This document shows, in pieces, positions 7,699-17,391 of a stretch of DNA of 64,000 bases. The stretch lies in assembly GCA_963786955.1 (NCBI GenBank), contig CAWBAT010000008.1, forward strand, positions 352,001-416,000, in the 5' to 3' direction. The notes under the pieces are model-generated. The model had not been told where the DNA came from and ran no database searches. It saw nothing but the letters and a program-made list of their open reading frames with translations. The position numbers and the translations under genes were made by a program. This stretch comes from an uncultured Acidimicrobiia bacterium (GTDB lineage Bacteria > Acidobacteriota > Terriglobia > Versatilivoradales > Versatilivoraceae). Each line of letters opens with the position of its first letter. Position 1 is the stretch's first letter.

Positions 7699-10600
7699 TT
7701 ATGGTTGTTCTTTGCTCCTGAAAATCCAGGCATAAACAGTTGGAAGAACTAAAAGCGTCAACGTCGTTGAGGTCAGTAACCCGCCGATGACCACCGTGGC
7801 CAAAGGTCTCTGCACTTCTGCTCCCATGCCGTGGGAAAGAGCCATGGGAATGAATCCAAGGCTCGCGACCAGGGCCGTCAACATCACTGGGCGATACCTG
7901 ACTTGTGCCCCTTCATAGGCCGCGTCACTGGCTGACTTGCCGGAACCCTGAATGGTACTGACATGACTTAGTAATACCAGGCCATTCAATACGGCCACAC
8001 CAAAAAGAGCGATGAAGCCCACGGCAGCAGAAATGCTGAAAGGCATGCCTCGTAGAGCCAGAGCGAAAACTCCGCCGGTGACCGCAAAGGGGACGTTGAG
8101 GAAAATGACCAGAGCCATCCGGATAGACCTGAAGGCGAAATAGAGCAAGCTTAAGATTAGGGCGAGAGTTAAGGGAACCACCAGCAATAAGCGAGAAGAG
8201 GCTCTCTCCAGGTTTTCAAATTGACCGCCCCACTCAATGTAGTAGCCCGGATCGAACTTCACTTCACGAGCCACTCTGGCCCGTGCCTCCCGCACAAAGC
8301 CGCCGAGATCTCTTCCCCGGACATTTGCTTCCACCACGACACGTCGCTGGATCTGCTCACGGCTAATCTGGGCTGGTCCTGTCGAGTATTCCAGCTTGGC
8401 CAACTGTCCGAGCGGCACGATCTGACGGCCATTGTCCCCACCTGCTGGGATTTGAGCCAGCGATTCAAGATCTTTGGCCACAGAATCTGGGAAACGGGCT
8501 ACCAGATCGAAGCGTCTTCGTCCCTCATAGACGGTCCCAACATTGCGCCCAGTTCGAATGGCCTCCACGGTTTCCAACACTTCCGATGCATTAATTCCAT
8601 AGCGTGCAATTTCGTTGCGATTGACAATGATCCGCACCATTGGCAGGCCAGCCACCTGCTCCGCCTTAACGTCGGCAGCGCCTGGGATGGAACTCAGGAC
8701 TCGGGTAACCTGATCCGCCTTGGCTTTCAAGACATCCAGATCATCGCCAAAAACCTTAACCCCGACATCCGACCTGATCCCTGCAACTAATTCATTGAAG
8801 CGCATTTCAATAGGCTGGGTGAAACTGAGTCCTACCCCTGGGATCTCGTGTGCCAGCCGGTCCGCCATCTTCTCGATCAGCGCTTCCTTTGTTTTGGCAG
8901 TGGTCCATTGGTCGCGAGGCCGCAAAATGACAAAGATGTCCGATAATTCAATTCCCATCAAATCTGTGGCGATCTCCGGACTGCCGGTGCGCGATACCAC
9001 CAGCGCCACCTCCGGAAACTGTTTCAGGACGCGCTCAATCATCAGGGTGGATGCAATGGATTCCGACATCGAGACACTCGGCAGCCGGAGTGCATTGATC
9101 ACGATGTCGCCTTCGTCCAACTCGGGCACAAACTCTGTGCCGAGTGTGCTTGCAAGGATCCCTGTGATGGCCAGTACCACAAGAGCCAGGACGAAGGTGG
9201 CGCCTCCGTGCGCCATGGTCCACCGTAGGGTTCGGACGTAGAGCTTACGAGTGAGACTCACCACCCAGGCCTCATGTTCCATTTCCGGCCCTTTGGGTTT
9301 CTTTCTGAAAAGGAAAGAGGCAAGCACAGGAATCACAGTCATGGCAACGATCAGCGAGCCCAGCAGGGCAAAGATGACCGTGATGGCCATCGGATGAAAC
9401 ATCTTTCCTTCTGTTCCTGTGAGCGCGAGAATCGGAAGGTAGACCAGTGTAATGATCAAGACAGCAAAAAATACCGGACGAGCCACTTCGCGCCCACTCT
9501 GACGAGCCAGCTCCAGGACAGGTGTATCCGGGCTCTCAGAACGCTTTCTCAGTATGTTTTCCATCATCACGACCGAACCATCGACGATCAGCCCGAAGTC
9601 AATGGCCCCCAGACTCATCAAGTTGCCTGAGATGCCAAGGTAGTACATGCCTATGAACGCAAACAACATGGAGAGCGGAATGGCCAACGCGACCAGCAGA
9701 CCTCCTTGAAGGCTTCCCAACAAAACAAAAAGAACCGCGATGACCAGTAATCCTCCTTCCATGAGGTTCACCGTCACAGTGCGCAACACGCGATCGACAA
9801 ACTGAGCCCGGTCGTAGAAAGGTCGAATGGCAACGCCAGGAGGAAGAGAGGCCTGGATTTCGGCTACCTTAGTTTTGACTTTTTCGACCACATCCCTCGC
9901 GTTAGCACCCGCCAGCATCTGAACCAGTCCGATTACCGTTTCATGACGGCCGTCCTCCGTGGCCGCTCCGATCCGCAGCATGGACCCCTTTTCTACGGCG
10001 CCAAGATTTTTAATAAAGATCGGGACACCTTGACGGTTGTGTCCGACGACAATGTTTTCAATGTCTTGGATGCCGGAAATCAGCGCTTCGCCCCGGATGA
10101 TGTATTGCTCCTGGTTTCTTTCAATGTATCCGCTTCCTACGTTAGCGTTATTCTTTTCCAGGGCATCAAATACAGATGCCAGAGAGAGTCGAAAGGCAAT
10201 CAAGCTCTGGGGATTAATGACCACATGATATTGCTGTGCTTTCCCACCCCAGGTGTTCACTTCCACTACGCCAGAAACGGAGCGCAGGCGGTAAGCGATC
10301 TCCCAATCGAGAATCGTGCGAAGCTCCATTGGAGTGTAGCCTTCTCCTTCGACTGTGAACTGATAAACCTCACCCAGTCCAGTTGTAAGAGGTCCCAATT
10401 CGGGGCGGCCGAGATTTTGTGGAATCGACTCCAAAGCCGAGTTCAACCGCTCCGATACCAGTTGGCGAGCGAAGTAAATATTCACACTTTCCTCAAAGAT
10501 GACAGTGACTGAGGAGAGCCCATACCGGGAAACCGAGCGGATTTCCGATAGCCGGGGAAGGCCATTCATAGCTGCTTCCACAGGATAGGTGATGAATCGT

Positions 10601-10782
10601 TCAATTTCTACCGGTCCAAGGCTGGGGGATTTGGTTAAAATTTGCACTTGAACATTGGTGATATCGGGAACTGCATCGATGGTGAGATGCTTCAGGGCAA
10701 AAGAACCAGCGATGACGAAGAGACAGGTCACTACAATGACCAAGATGCGATTTTTGAGTGCCAGTTCAACAATCCTGTGCAT
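7699..10782 (-). CDS. czcA: Heavy-metal efflux RND permease, CzcA type
   Basis: IDAVPDITNVQVQ, TM4 GAIDFGLIVDGSVVMMENI, RPVMLTALVASLGFIPMA. Start MHRIVE overlaps the upstream stop (TAATG). Confidence 0.93.
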   Translation of the reverse strand: MHRIVELALKNRILVIVVTCLFVIAGSFALKHLTIDAVPDITNVQVQILTKSPSLGPVEIERFITYPVEAAMNGLPRLSEIRSVSRYGLSSVTVIFEESVNIYFARQLVSERLNSALESIPQNLGRPELGPLTTGLGEVYQFTVEGEGYTPMELRTILDWEIAYRLRSVSGVVEVNTWGGKAQQYHVVINPQSLIAFRLSLASVFDALEKNNANVGSGYIERNQEQYIIRGEALISGIQDIENIVVGHNRQGVPIFIKNLGAVEKGSMLRIGAATEDGRHETVIGLVQMLAGANARDVVEKVKTKVAEIQASLPPGVAIRPFYDRAQFVDRVLRTVTVNLMEGGLLVIAVLFVLLGSLQGGLLVALAIPLSMLFAFIGMYYLGISGNLMSLGAIDFGLIVDGSVVMMENILRKRSESPDTPVLELARQSGREVARPVFFAVLIITLVYLPILALTGTEGKMFHPMAITVIFALLGSLIVAMTVIPVLASFLFRKKPKGPEMEHEAWVVSLTRKLYVRTLRWTMAHGGATFVLALVVLAITGILASTLGTEFVPELDEGDIVINALRLPSVSMSESIASTLMIERVLKQFPEVALVVSRTGSPEIATDLMGIELSDIFVILRPRDQWTTAKTKEALIEKMADRLAHEIPGVGLSFTQPIEMRFNELVAGIRSDVGVKVFGDDLDVLKAKADQVTRVLSSIPGAADVKAEQVAGLPMVRIIVNRNEIARYGINASEVLETVEAIRTGRNVGTVYEGRRRFDLVARFPDSVAKDLESLAQIPAGGDNGRQIVPLGQLAKLEYSTGPAQISREQIQRRVVVEANVRGRDLGGFVREARARVAREVKFDPGYYIEWGGQFENLERASSRLLLVVPLTLALILSLLYFAFRSIRMALVIFLNVPFAVTGGVFALALRGMPFSISAAVGFIALFGVAVLNGLVLLSHVSTIQGSGKSASDAAYEGAQVRYRPVMLTALVASLGFIPMALSHGMGAEVQRPLATVVIGGLLTSTTLTLLVLPTVYAWIFRSKEQP

Positions 10783-12029
10783 TAGTGATTGCCCTCCGTC
10801 AGGGTCTCTTTCAAAAGGGTCGATTTCAAGTAGAAGCTTCCCTGGGTTACAACCCGTTCGCCCGATTTCAGTCCCTTCACAACCTCCACCCACCCATCCG
10901 CTTTATGGCCGAGTTCAACGTCCCTCTTTTGAAACTCGTTCGGTTTTAGTTGAATGAAGACGGAATCCTTACCATCCACCTGCAGCAAGGCTGTGTCAGG
11001 GATAGCTGGAACCACCCGAGAGTCCTGCACTGGAAGGAGAACCGTTCCAAACATTTCCAGTTTCAGTTTCTGGCCGGGATTATCCAGTTCAACGCGAACC
11101 TTGGCTGTCCGTGTCTCGGCATCTAAGCGCTGACCCACCAGAGTGATTTTTCCTGAGAACTTTTGTCCTGGGAAACCGACGAAGGAGATCTCGGCTATCT
11201 GGCCTGTCATTACTCGACCTAGATCTCGTTCATAAACGCTGGCGATGGTCCAGACACGTCCCAGATCCGCAATCGTCATGACCTCCTGATCCGCACTGAG
11301 CACTTCGCCCGGGGCGATCTGAAAATCCAGGATGGCCCCTGATTGCGGCGCCTTGACGCTGGTCAAGGTGGGGGTCTGAGAAGATAGGATAAACAATTGA
11401 TCCTCTCTCACTCCAAATCGCCTGAGCTTGCTGGCTAGTGCGTTCATGCGAGCAACATGAGACTCCAGTTCGGCTTGAGCCTCAAGCTGCTCGGTAATTC
11501 GCAGCTCCAGTTCTTTCTCAGCCAATGCTTCGGCTGCCACCAGGCTCCGGGCCCGTTCGGCAGCTTGCTCGGTTAGCTTAAGACGAGCTTCCAGCTTCCC
11601 TTTCTGCGAGATAAATGTGCGGTATTCTCCCACCAATTCACCCATTTCAACATTGTCGTATTCAAACAAGACCTGTCCGGCTTGAACTTGCTCTTCAGGC
11701 TGAACCAACACCCGCCGCACAATCCCACGCGCCAAGGTGCGAACACGGGCAACATGGTTCAAGTCGGGCTCCACCACCCCTGTAGTTTCGACCCATTCCT
11801 TCAAAGGACGAGGCTGGACTTCGAGGGTCTTGATTTCAGCGTTGCGCAATGCTTCTGGTGTGAGGGTAATCGTTTCACCAGGTCCGATATCACTTTCCCG
11901 ATGGACATGTTCTGGCTCAACGATGCGGCTTTGGTAGTACCAAATGAAAACCGCTCCTCCCAGCAACAAAATGAACAGAACCGTGTTTCGTAGAGTGAAT
12001 TCTGGAACTCGGATTGTTACTTCTCGCAT
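10782..12029 (-). CDS. czcB: RND membrane fusion protein, CzcB-like
   Basis: N-terminal TM, hairpin coiled coil, APQSG, TRTAKVR..LDNP..LKLEMFG; lies between the OM factor and RND permease genes. Confidence 0.9.
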   Translation of the reverse strand: MREVTIRVPEFTLRNTVLFILLLGGAVFIWYYQSRIVEPEHVHRESDIGPGETITLTPEALRNAEIKTLEVQPRPLKEWVETTGVVEPDLNHVARVRTLARGIVRRVLVQPEEQVQAGQVLFEYDNVEMGELVGEYRTFISQKGKLEARLKLTEQAAERARSLVAAEALAEKELELRITEQLEAQAELESHVARMNALASKLRRFGVREDQLFILSSQTPTLTSVKAPQSGAILDFQIAPGEVLSADQEVMTIADLGRVWTIASVYERDLGRVMTGQIAEISFVGFPGQKFSGKITLVGQRLDAETRTAKVRVELDNPGQKLKLEMFGTVLLPVQDSRVVPAIPDTALLQVDGKDSVFIQLKPNEFQKRDVELGHKADGWVEVVKGLKSGERVVTQGSFYLKSTLLKETLTEGNH

Positions 12030-12032
12030 AAC

Positions 12033-13320
12033 TTATTCAACCTCCAGTCCGATGGCACTCCCCAATTCGTAGCGGCTGACCCGATATTCATACAGCGCTT
12101 GGTTGTGAGTCTTGAGCGTTTCGCGGTAGCTCCGTTCCGCGTCCAGCAAGTTGATCAGATCCGTACCTCCCAACCTGTAGGCGGCCATGACAATTTGTCG
12201 TGATTCATCGGCCTTCTTGAGTGATTCCTTTTCAATGTAAGCGACTCGTTCGCGATTGATCTCCACTGCATTATGGGCTTTGCGAATATCGAGCAGGACC
12301 TGCTGCCGGGTGTAAGCGGCCAGGTTTTCTGATCGTGCTTTCTCGGCTGCTGCCCTGGTGATGCCGCCTTCATTTCTGTTATAAACCTTAAGTGGAAACG
12401 CAATTCCAAAGGCCACTGTGTTCTCTATGAGGTTTCTCTTGTAGCCACCGGTCAGCGTGATGTTCGGTGATCGCAGAGCGCGCTGATGCAAAGTCTCGGT
12501 GTCAGCTCGCTGTTGTTCGAACATGGAAGCCTTCAGATCAGGCCGCTTGTCAAAGGCCTGGCGTTCCAGTTCGGCCAAGGGCAGGAGGGGAGGGAATCCC
12601 ATCGGAAGAGTCGGCAGTCTGGGAGTCCATCGCGAGAACTCCGGAGAATCTAAAAGGAGCATTTGTTTGAGGAAGACCCAATAAGGCCAGCAGCGTTGCC
12701 TTGGCGTTGACCAAAGCGAGTCTGGCGGCAAAAACGTCGTCAATGAATTTCAACCGCTCGACCTCGACTCGCTTGAGCTCAACACCGGAGATATCACCTT
12801 TTTCGAGACGCGTGCGATTCAGATCAATCACCCGATCAATTTCTTGAAGGAAGGATTCGGCCACTTCCAGGTTGGTCTGCGCCAGAACTCCCTTGAAGTA
12901 AGCACGGCGGACCTCGAGGACTAACGCTCGGCGAGTATTGTCATAATCGGCCTTTTCCGCTTGAGTCCTCAGTTCTGCAGCCCTAGTCCGGAGTCTTCTC
13001 CTTCCAGCCGTTTCAATTTCCTGATCCAATCGGACTGTAATCTCCTGAGTTTCAAAAAATGCTCCCATCTCGGAAGAGAAGAGCCGGTAATCTTCAAAAT
13101 AAGTTGAGAAGGCAGGATTGAGCCGCTTCGAGGCATCAATCCTTTCGGCATCCGCAATCTCAATCTCATTTCTGGCAGCCTTGAACTGCGGATTGTTGGC
13201 AACGGAAATCTCCAACGCCTTCTTCAGTTCCAACCGCTCTGGAACTTCTGAAGTGCCTTGCCCCAGGCAATAGACAGCCGGCGTTATTAGTGCTAAGAGT
13301 AGTGGCAGAAGCCATTTCAT
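12033..13320 (-). CDS. czcC: TolC/CzcC outer-membrane efflux factor (one apparent frameshift ~12600-12670)
   Basis: Signal peptide MKWLL, ANNP, QEIETAGRR, RPDL, NRNEGGI, YRLG..LLDAER split over ORFs 12550..13350 and 12033..12743. Confidence 0.85.
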
Positions 13321-13479
13321 GATGAAACCTCCTGAAAACCTGGAAACCATGTACTTTTGAAAAGAATAGAGTCTGAGAAGGGCTGAATTGCCACTTTGTT
13401 CTGTGGCAGAGAGAATCCCTGTCAGAGATTCAATTCGCTTGGGATATTAGGAAAACCACTGATCAGGCAAGCAGAGTAA

Positions 13480-13839
13480 TTACGCCCGCGGAGGGAGACA
13501 GAGAGGAAGAAGATCGACTGATGGGACTTTTGAGGTCGAACGAGATTCGATGAAGGTGATGCCACAGATTAAAGTCAAGCGGAAAGATCTTCCCACAACA
13601 ATGTGATGACAACAGCAGAGGCAATCATGATCATTATCACCAGGTTCTGAACGCGAAGAGTGATTGGAATTCGGCGACTGGCCAAGAGCCAATGCTTCTG
13701 CTGCACACGATGCGTAACCGCCATCCTCGCCGCAAGGAGAAAGGGCGAACAAGTCCTCAGCACCTATACTGAAACAGGTTAGGAGAACTAACAACCATGA
13801 GACCTTGCGCCTTAGTCTTCGATTTCGAGAGGTGTTCAT
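13480..13839 (-). CDS. Small Cys/His-rich exported or leader protein upstream of czcCBA (CzcI/DUF2946-like architecture)
   Basis: Basic N-terminus plus hydrophobic segment, HDCLCCCHH, C-terminal LPPRA; aaaggtg upstream. Confidence 0.7.
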   Translation of the reverse strand: MNTSRNRRLRRKVSWLLVLLTCFSIGAEDLFALSPCGEDGGYASCAAEALALGQSPNSNHSSRSEPGDNDHDCLCCCHHIVVGRSFRLTLICGITFIESRSTSKVPSVDLLPLCLPPRA

Positions 13840-13858
13840 ACACCTTTACAATAACATC

Positions 13859-13876
13859 TTGCTAACAGTTTGCCAA
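13859..13876 (-). promoter_or_regulatory. Possible sigma-54 (-24/-12) promoter for the small ORF-czcCBA unit
   Basis: Minus strand TTGGCAAACTGTTAGCAA gives GG-N10-GC spacing, 20 nt upstream of ATG 13839; imperfect match to consensus. Confidence 0.3.
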
Positions 13877-13932
13877 ATTCCAGTTTGACAATACTCTGAT
13901 ACCAATTCAAGGTGTTTGAGTTCCCAAAGGCA

Positions 13933-15141
13933 TCACAAGGATCCCAAGAAGGCTAACAGGGCCTTCTTTTCCTGCTCCAAGAGTTTCTCAAACGAAGCCC
14001 GACTCTTGAGAGCTTCGCCATGATGCATTTCAATGGCCTCTAGAGTAGTCGAGGCTCTACCGTCGTGTAGGAATGGCGCGCGAAGTCGAACTCCCCAAAG
14101 AGGGGGTGTTCGGATCTCTGCAGGTTTAGCATCTCCCTGAGCGATACCATCGCCGGTCCCGATGTCGTGCAAGAGGAAGTCTCCATACGGAAAGAATCGC
14201 TTATAGCTAAGTGCTTTGACCGAGCTGGGCCCGGTTTTTATTGAAGGTGTGTGACAGGAGCTGCAACCTGATGCCTGAAATAACCGCTCCCCTTGTTGAG
14301 TTTCTGTACTGATTGTTCCTCGTGGTGGCGGTCCCAGCAACTTCATAAAATTCTCGAAGTTATCGATTCCTCTCAACCCGGTGCTCAAATCACGCACATC
14401 CTGCAGCCCTGGAAATGGATTAAAGAACTTGATCTTTTCACAGTCCCCGCCCGGACAGACTTCGTGGGGAAAGAGATCATTCGTGATCCCCATTTCATCT
14501 CGATAGGCTTCGGCGCCAAATGCCAGAAGCGTTGCCTGTTGTGCTTTCCAGCCAAATCGGCCGATCCGGATCTTGTCACTGGCTTTATCAGAGACCCGAT
14601 GAGCACGACCACTAATTCCATTACTGTCGCGATCGTCAGGATCTTCCATGGCGATCAAAGTGGCGTCCGGAATCGCTTCAACCAAACCGTTCCCAAATAA
14701 AGGGAGAGATTTCCGGCGGGCGATCACATTGGCTTCAGGAGGAATGATCGTTTGCGTCTCGTGGGCGGGAATTGAAAACATCTGGAAAAGGGACCCCCCT
14801 GGCAATTCGACGAAGGAGCCGTCTTCGTTCCTAATCCCGGCGCGTACTTCTGTGATCGTGCTGGATCCACCGATTCGTGGAATACTATGGCATTCTGCAC
14901 AGGAGCGGCCATTGAACACGGGCCCCAACCCTTCGTCGGGAGATTCGACCCCAGTGAAGTCTTCGAGACCGACTCGAAAGAGTTCGAATTCTCTGCTGGT
15001 GAGGCCTGGCAAGGGCTCTCCAAATTCCGTTCCAACAACGATCTGTTCTTGCTGTGCAACAAGCTGGTTGGATTTGAAGAATAGACAGAGTGTTATTCCT
15101 GAGATTAAGGTCCAAAGGAGAATGAAGATTTTTTTCAACAT
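13933..15141 (-). CDS. Periplasmic di-heme oxidoreductase (DHOR family, putative peroxidase-like)
   Basis: Signal peptide, GLGPVFN..SCAECH, PLFGNGLVEAI, GRFGWKA, GCSSCH, DFLLHD, RTPPLWG..PFLHDGRA. Confidence 0.88.
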   Translation of the reverse strand: MLKKIFILLWTLISGITLCLFFKSNQLVAQQEQIVVGTEFGEPLPGLTSREFELFRVGLEDFTGVESPDEGLGPVFNGRSCAECHSIPRIGGSSTITEVRAGIRNEDGSFVELPGGSLFQMFSIPAHETQTIIPPEANVIARRKSLPLFGNGLVEAIPDATLIAMEDPDDRDSNGISGRAHRVSDKASDKIRIGRFGWKAQQATLLAFGAEAYRDEMGITNDLFPHEVCPGGDCEKIKFFNPFPGLQDVRDLSTGLRGIDNFENFMKLLGPPPRGTISTETQQGERLFQASGCSSCHTPSIKTGPSSVKALSYKRFFPYGDFLLHDIGTGDGIAQGDAKPAEIRTPPLWGVRLRAPFLHDGRASTTLEAIEMHHGEALKSRASFEKLLEQEKKALLAFLGSL

Positions 15142-15182
15142 GGCTTGAATCCTTTACGGCCAGTGATCTCTTTATATAAGTG

Positions 15183-15632
15183 TTACTCCACAATGATGAT
15201 GCCTCGCATCATCGTATGACCGGCTCCACAAGGCCGTGAGCACTCGAATGGGTAATTTCCTTTCTTCTTGGCATCAAAAACAACTTTGACGCTGCCTCGA
15301 CCACGGGCCGGGATGGTCTGGTTAATACCGGCTGAAGGCATGCGGAATCCATGAAATGTGTCTTCACTAGTCAGGTTGATTTCCAGAAGAGTCCCTTCCT
15401 TCACTTTGATTTGTGAGGGAGTGAAACTGAACCGCTCGGCCACTATATTTACTTTCTGAACCTTGCGGCCAATCTCGCCCTTTCCATCAGCTCTGGCAGG
15501 CGCTTCCCACGTGGTGGTCAAGATCGCAATAACGAAAAACAAGGGAAAAGTGGCCGCCAGACTTCTTTTGTACGCAAAGAGTTGATGCCTCATACTGGGT
15601 CTCCTTCCTAATCTTTTAAAACCACCATCCAA
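15183..15632 (-). CDS. Soluble cupredoxin with a CuA-type binuclear copper site
   Basis: HGF plus CSRPCGAGHTMM (C-x3-C-x3-H-x2-M); signal peptide; lacks the two TM helices of a full COX subunit II. Real start may be MRHQL. Confidence 0.85.
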   Translation of the reverse strand: MDGGFKRLGRRPSMRHQLFAYKRSLAATFPLFFVIAILTTTWEAPARADGKGEIGRKVQKVNIVAERFSFTPSQIKVKEGTLLEINLTSEDTFHGFRMPSAGINQTIPARGRGSVKVVFDAKKKGNYPFECSRPCGAGHTMMRGIIIVE

Positions 15633-17007
15633 TTCCGAAATCCCAACGATTGGGAATCTGAACCACCTCGCTCGTGTTGCGCATGAAATTATAGTTAAAC
15701 TTCAACGCGACATCGGGGTAGGGATAGTAGGTAATTCCTACAACGTGTGCCGATCGATCAAACTGGTTAAGCGGCAGAAACCCCCTAGGCATTCGATATT
15801 GGGTGTTGAAGTATTCATAACGATAGAACGACACTAAGTCGTGTTTGGAGCCTTCGGGAAGTAAGTGGGCGCCGCCCTCTAGATAAAATCCGCGCATGGA
15901 TTCGGCGATATTTGGATTGATGCCCGTTTGTCGTTGTAAGGCCCGATTAATTTCGGCCGCATTGTCCAGGTGGGTGTTAGCAAACTCACCTCTGCCTTCA
16001 AATCGACCCTTATGATACCGCCCATCGAACTCAAAGAGTCGAGCCTGCCCTTTGATATTCCGAAGATTGAATCCTGTCTCGCCAGTCCAAAAACTCGTTC
16101 CCAGATTCAGCCCCGGAATCCCGCGATATTCGAGCCGTCCAACAGGAGCCATGTGTTGGGCGTTTTCAAGGAAGCCGTTCTGCAGCCCCCCGCGAAATCC
16201 TTCCGCAGCCGAAAAACCCGTGGCATCCAGGGAGGTCATCAGATAGGCCTTGTAGGAAAATCCTTTCCCCAAGTCGCCCAGGATGCCGCCTCCAGACCCA
16301 AACCAGGTCGTCGGGATAATGAAGGTGTCGACAAATGGGCGCTCCACTCCATTGAAGCTGGGAGGCTCATGGCGCTCATTAATGATACCTATAGGTGCCA
16401 GGACCATACCGGCGCGGAAATTGAGCTTCGGCTTGACCAGAAAGTCAAGATAGGCCTGCTCCAGCGCAATCTCGCCGCTTCGCTCTTGGCCCTCAACGAA
16501 AGCATGCTCCAGTTCCAGTTCTGACCAAAAACGAATGTGGTCCCCAAATCCATGGCCGAAGAGAAGAACAAATCGATGAAAGTCAAAGATCGTTGGATTG
16601 GCATTGTCATGATTCAGATGAGACTCCATATAACCCGCGAAAGGAACATTTTGGATTTCATCAGAAATATTTGACGCCGGAGTGGTGACGGGGGGGGACA
16701 CAATATCCTGGAGAGGAATTGTCGTGAGAGCGGCCTGAACATTAGCAGAATCGGCTTTGGTACTTTGTACTTCCTGAGCGAGATGCTGGGCCTCAGTTTT
16801 GGCCTGTTCGAGGCCATCTGTGGGCCCGTTCTTGGAGATTGTCTGCAGTAGTTTCTCGAGGTTCGCCTCTAGTCGAGCCAAGCGCTGCTCCAACGCAGTC
16901 AAGCGGTCTTCGGTGTTTGCAGCCATCAGGCTGTCTCCCCGAAGCATTACGAAGGCGACCAGCAGAACAATGAATTTTTTCGCATCGGCATACACTTTAG
17001 TGGGCAT
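15616..17007 (-). CDS. Outer-membrane porin-like beta-barrel with N-terminal coiled coil
   Basis: Signal peptide, coiled coil, DFHRFVLLFGH..SELELEH..EQAYLDF..NERHEPP..GVERP, C-terminal GIGWWF. Confidence 0.8.
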   Translation of the reverse strand: MPTKVYADAKKFIVLLVAFVMLRGDSLMAANTEDRLTALEQRLARLEANLEKLLQTISKNGPTDGLEQAKTEAQHLAQEVQSTKADSANVQAALTTIPLQDIVSPPVTTPASNISDEIQNVPFAGYMESHLNHDNANPTIFDFHRFVLLFGHGFGDHIRFWSELELEHAFVEGQERSGEIALEQAYLDFLVKPKLNFRAGMVLAPIGIINERHEPPSFNGVERPFVDTFIIPTTWFGSGGGILGDLGKGFSYKAYLMTSLDATGFSAAEGFRGGLQNGFLENAQHMAPVGRLEYRGIPGLNLGTSFWTGETGFNLRNIKGQARLFEFDGRYHKGRFEGRGEFANTHLDNAAEINRALQRQTGINPNIAESMRGFYLEGGAHLLPEGSKHDLVSFYRYEYFNTQYRMPRGFLPLNQFDRSAHVVGITYYPYPDVALKFNYNFMRNTSEVVQIPNRWDFGIGWWF

Positions 17008-17072
17008 AGCGCCTCCTGACCGGATTGCTCTCGGAAATAGCCTTTTTCGTTCCCAAGCTTATCCTTTGATCT

Positions 17073-17110
17073 TTTTGATTGTCAAAATAAATATTTTTGA
17101 TATGTCTAAA
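17073..17110. promoter_or_regulatory. Two AT-rich inverted repeats, candidate DtxR/MntR-family operators
   Basis: TTTTGA-TTG-TCAAAA (17073-17087) and TTTTGATATGTCTAAA (17095-17110, 12/16 self-complementary), between the divergent porin and regulator genes. Confidence 0.55.
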
Positions 17111-17215
17111 TAATGTTCTAATGCTCATTAGGTATCCAGTTGTTGCCAACCAAACAAAGATATTTGAAGATTGCTGGAGAGATGATTTCGAATTAGGCTA
17201 AGTACTGCTTTTCAT

Positions 17216-17330
17216 AAATACGGTGACATTTACGCCGGGTCGGTGACCCGGCCTACAATTTTGTAGGCTTGGGGCTTTCTCAAAGCCCCAACCTCACGCG
17301 GCGCCTATCCTAAGATACGTCACCGTAATT
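17216..17330. repeat. Composite REP/MITE-like element with terminal inverted repeats
   Basis: aaatacggtgac ... gtcaccgtaatt termini enclose gccgggtcggtgacccggcctaca and tgtaggcttggggctttctcaaagccccaa hairpins. Confidence 0.75.
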
Positions 17331-17391
17331 ACGAATAGCAGTACTAAGTGGGGTGAACGGATCTTGGGCTCGGATCGTTAGGAGTGTGCTT

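Noticed and set aside
10783-10893. 37-aa N-terminal extension of CzcA in the ORF track
   Set aside because: Overlaps czcB; the family-typical start at 10782 is coupled to the czcB stop.
13381-13479. Possible NiCo (czcD) riboswitch upstream of czcC
   Set aside because: The actgatcaggc-like seed is on the non-coding strand and I could not build the four-way junction on the transcribed strand.
15183-15632. Calling the cupredoxin cytochrome c oxidase subunit II or NosZ
   Set aside because: No TM pair, no subunit I gene and no propeller domain; only the CuA domain is present.
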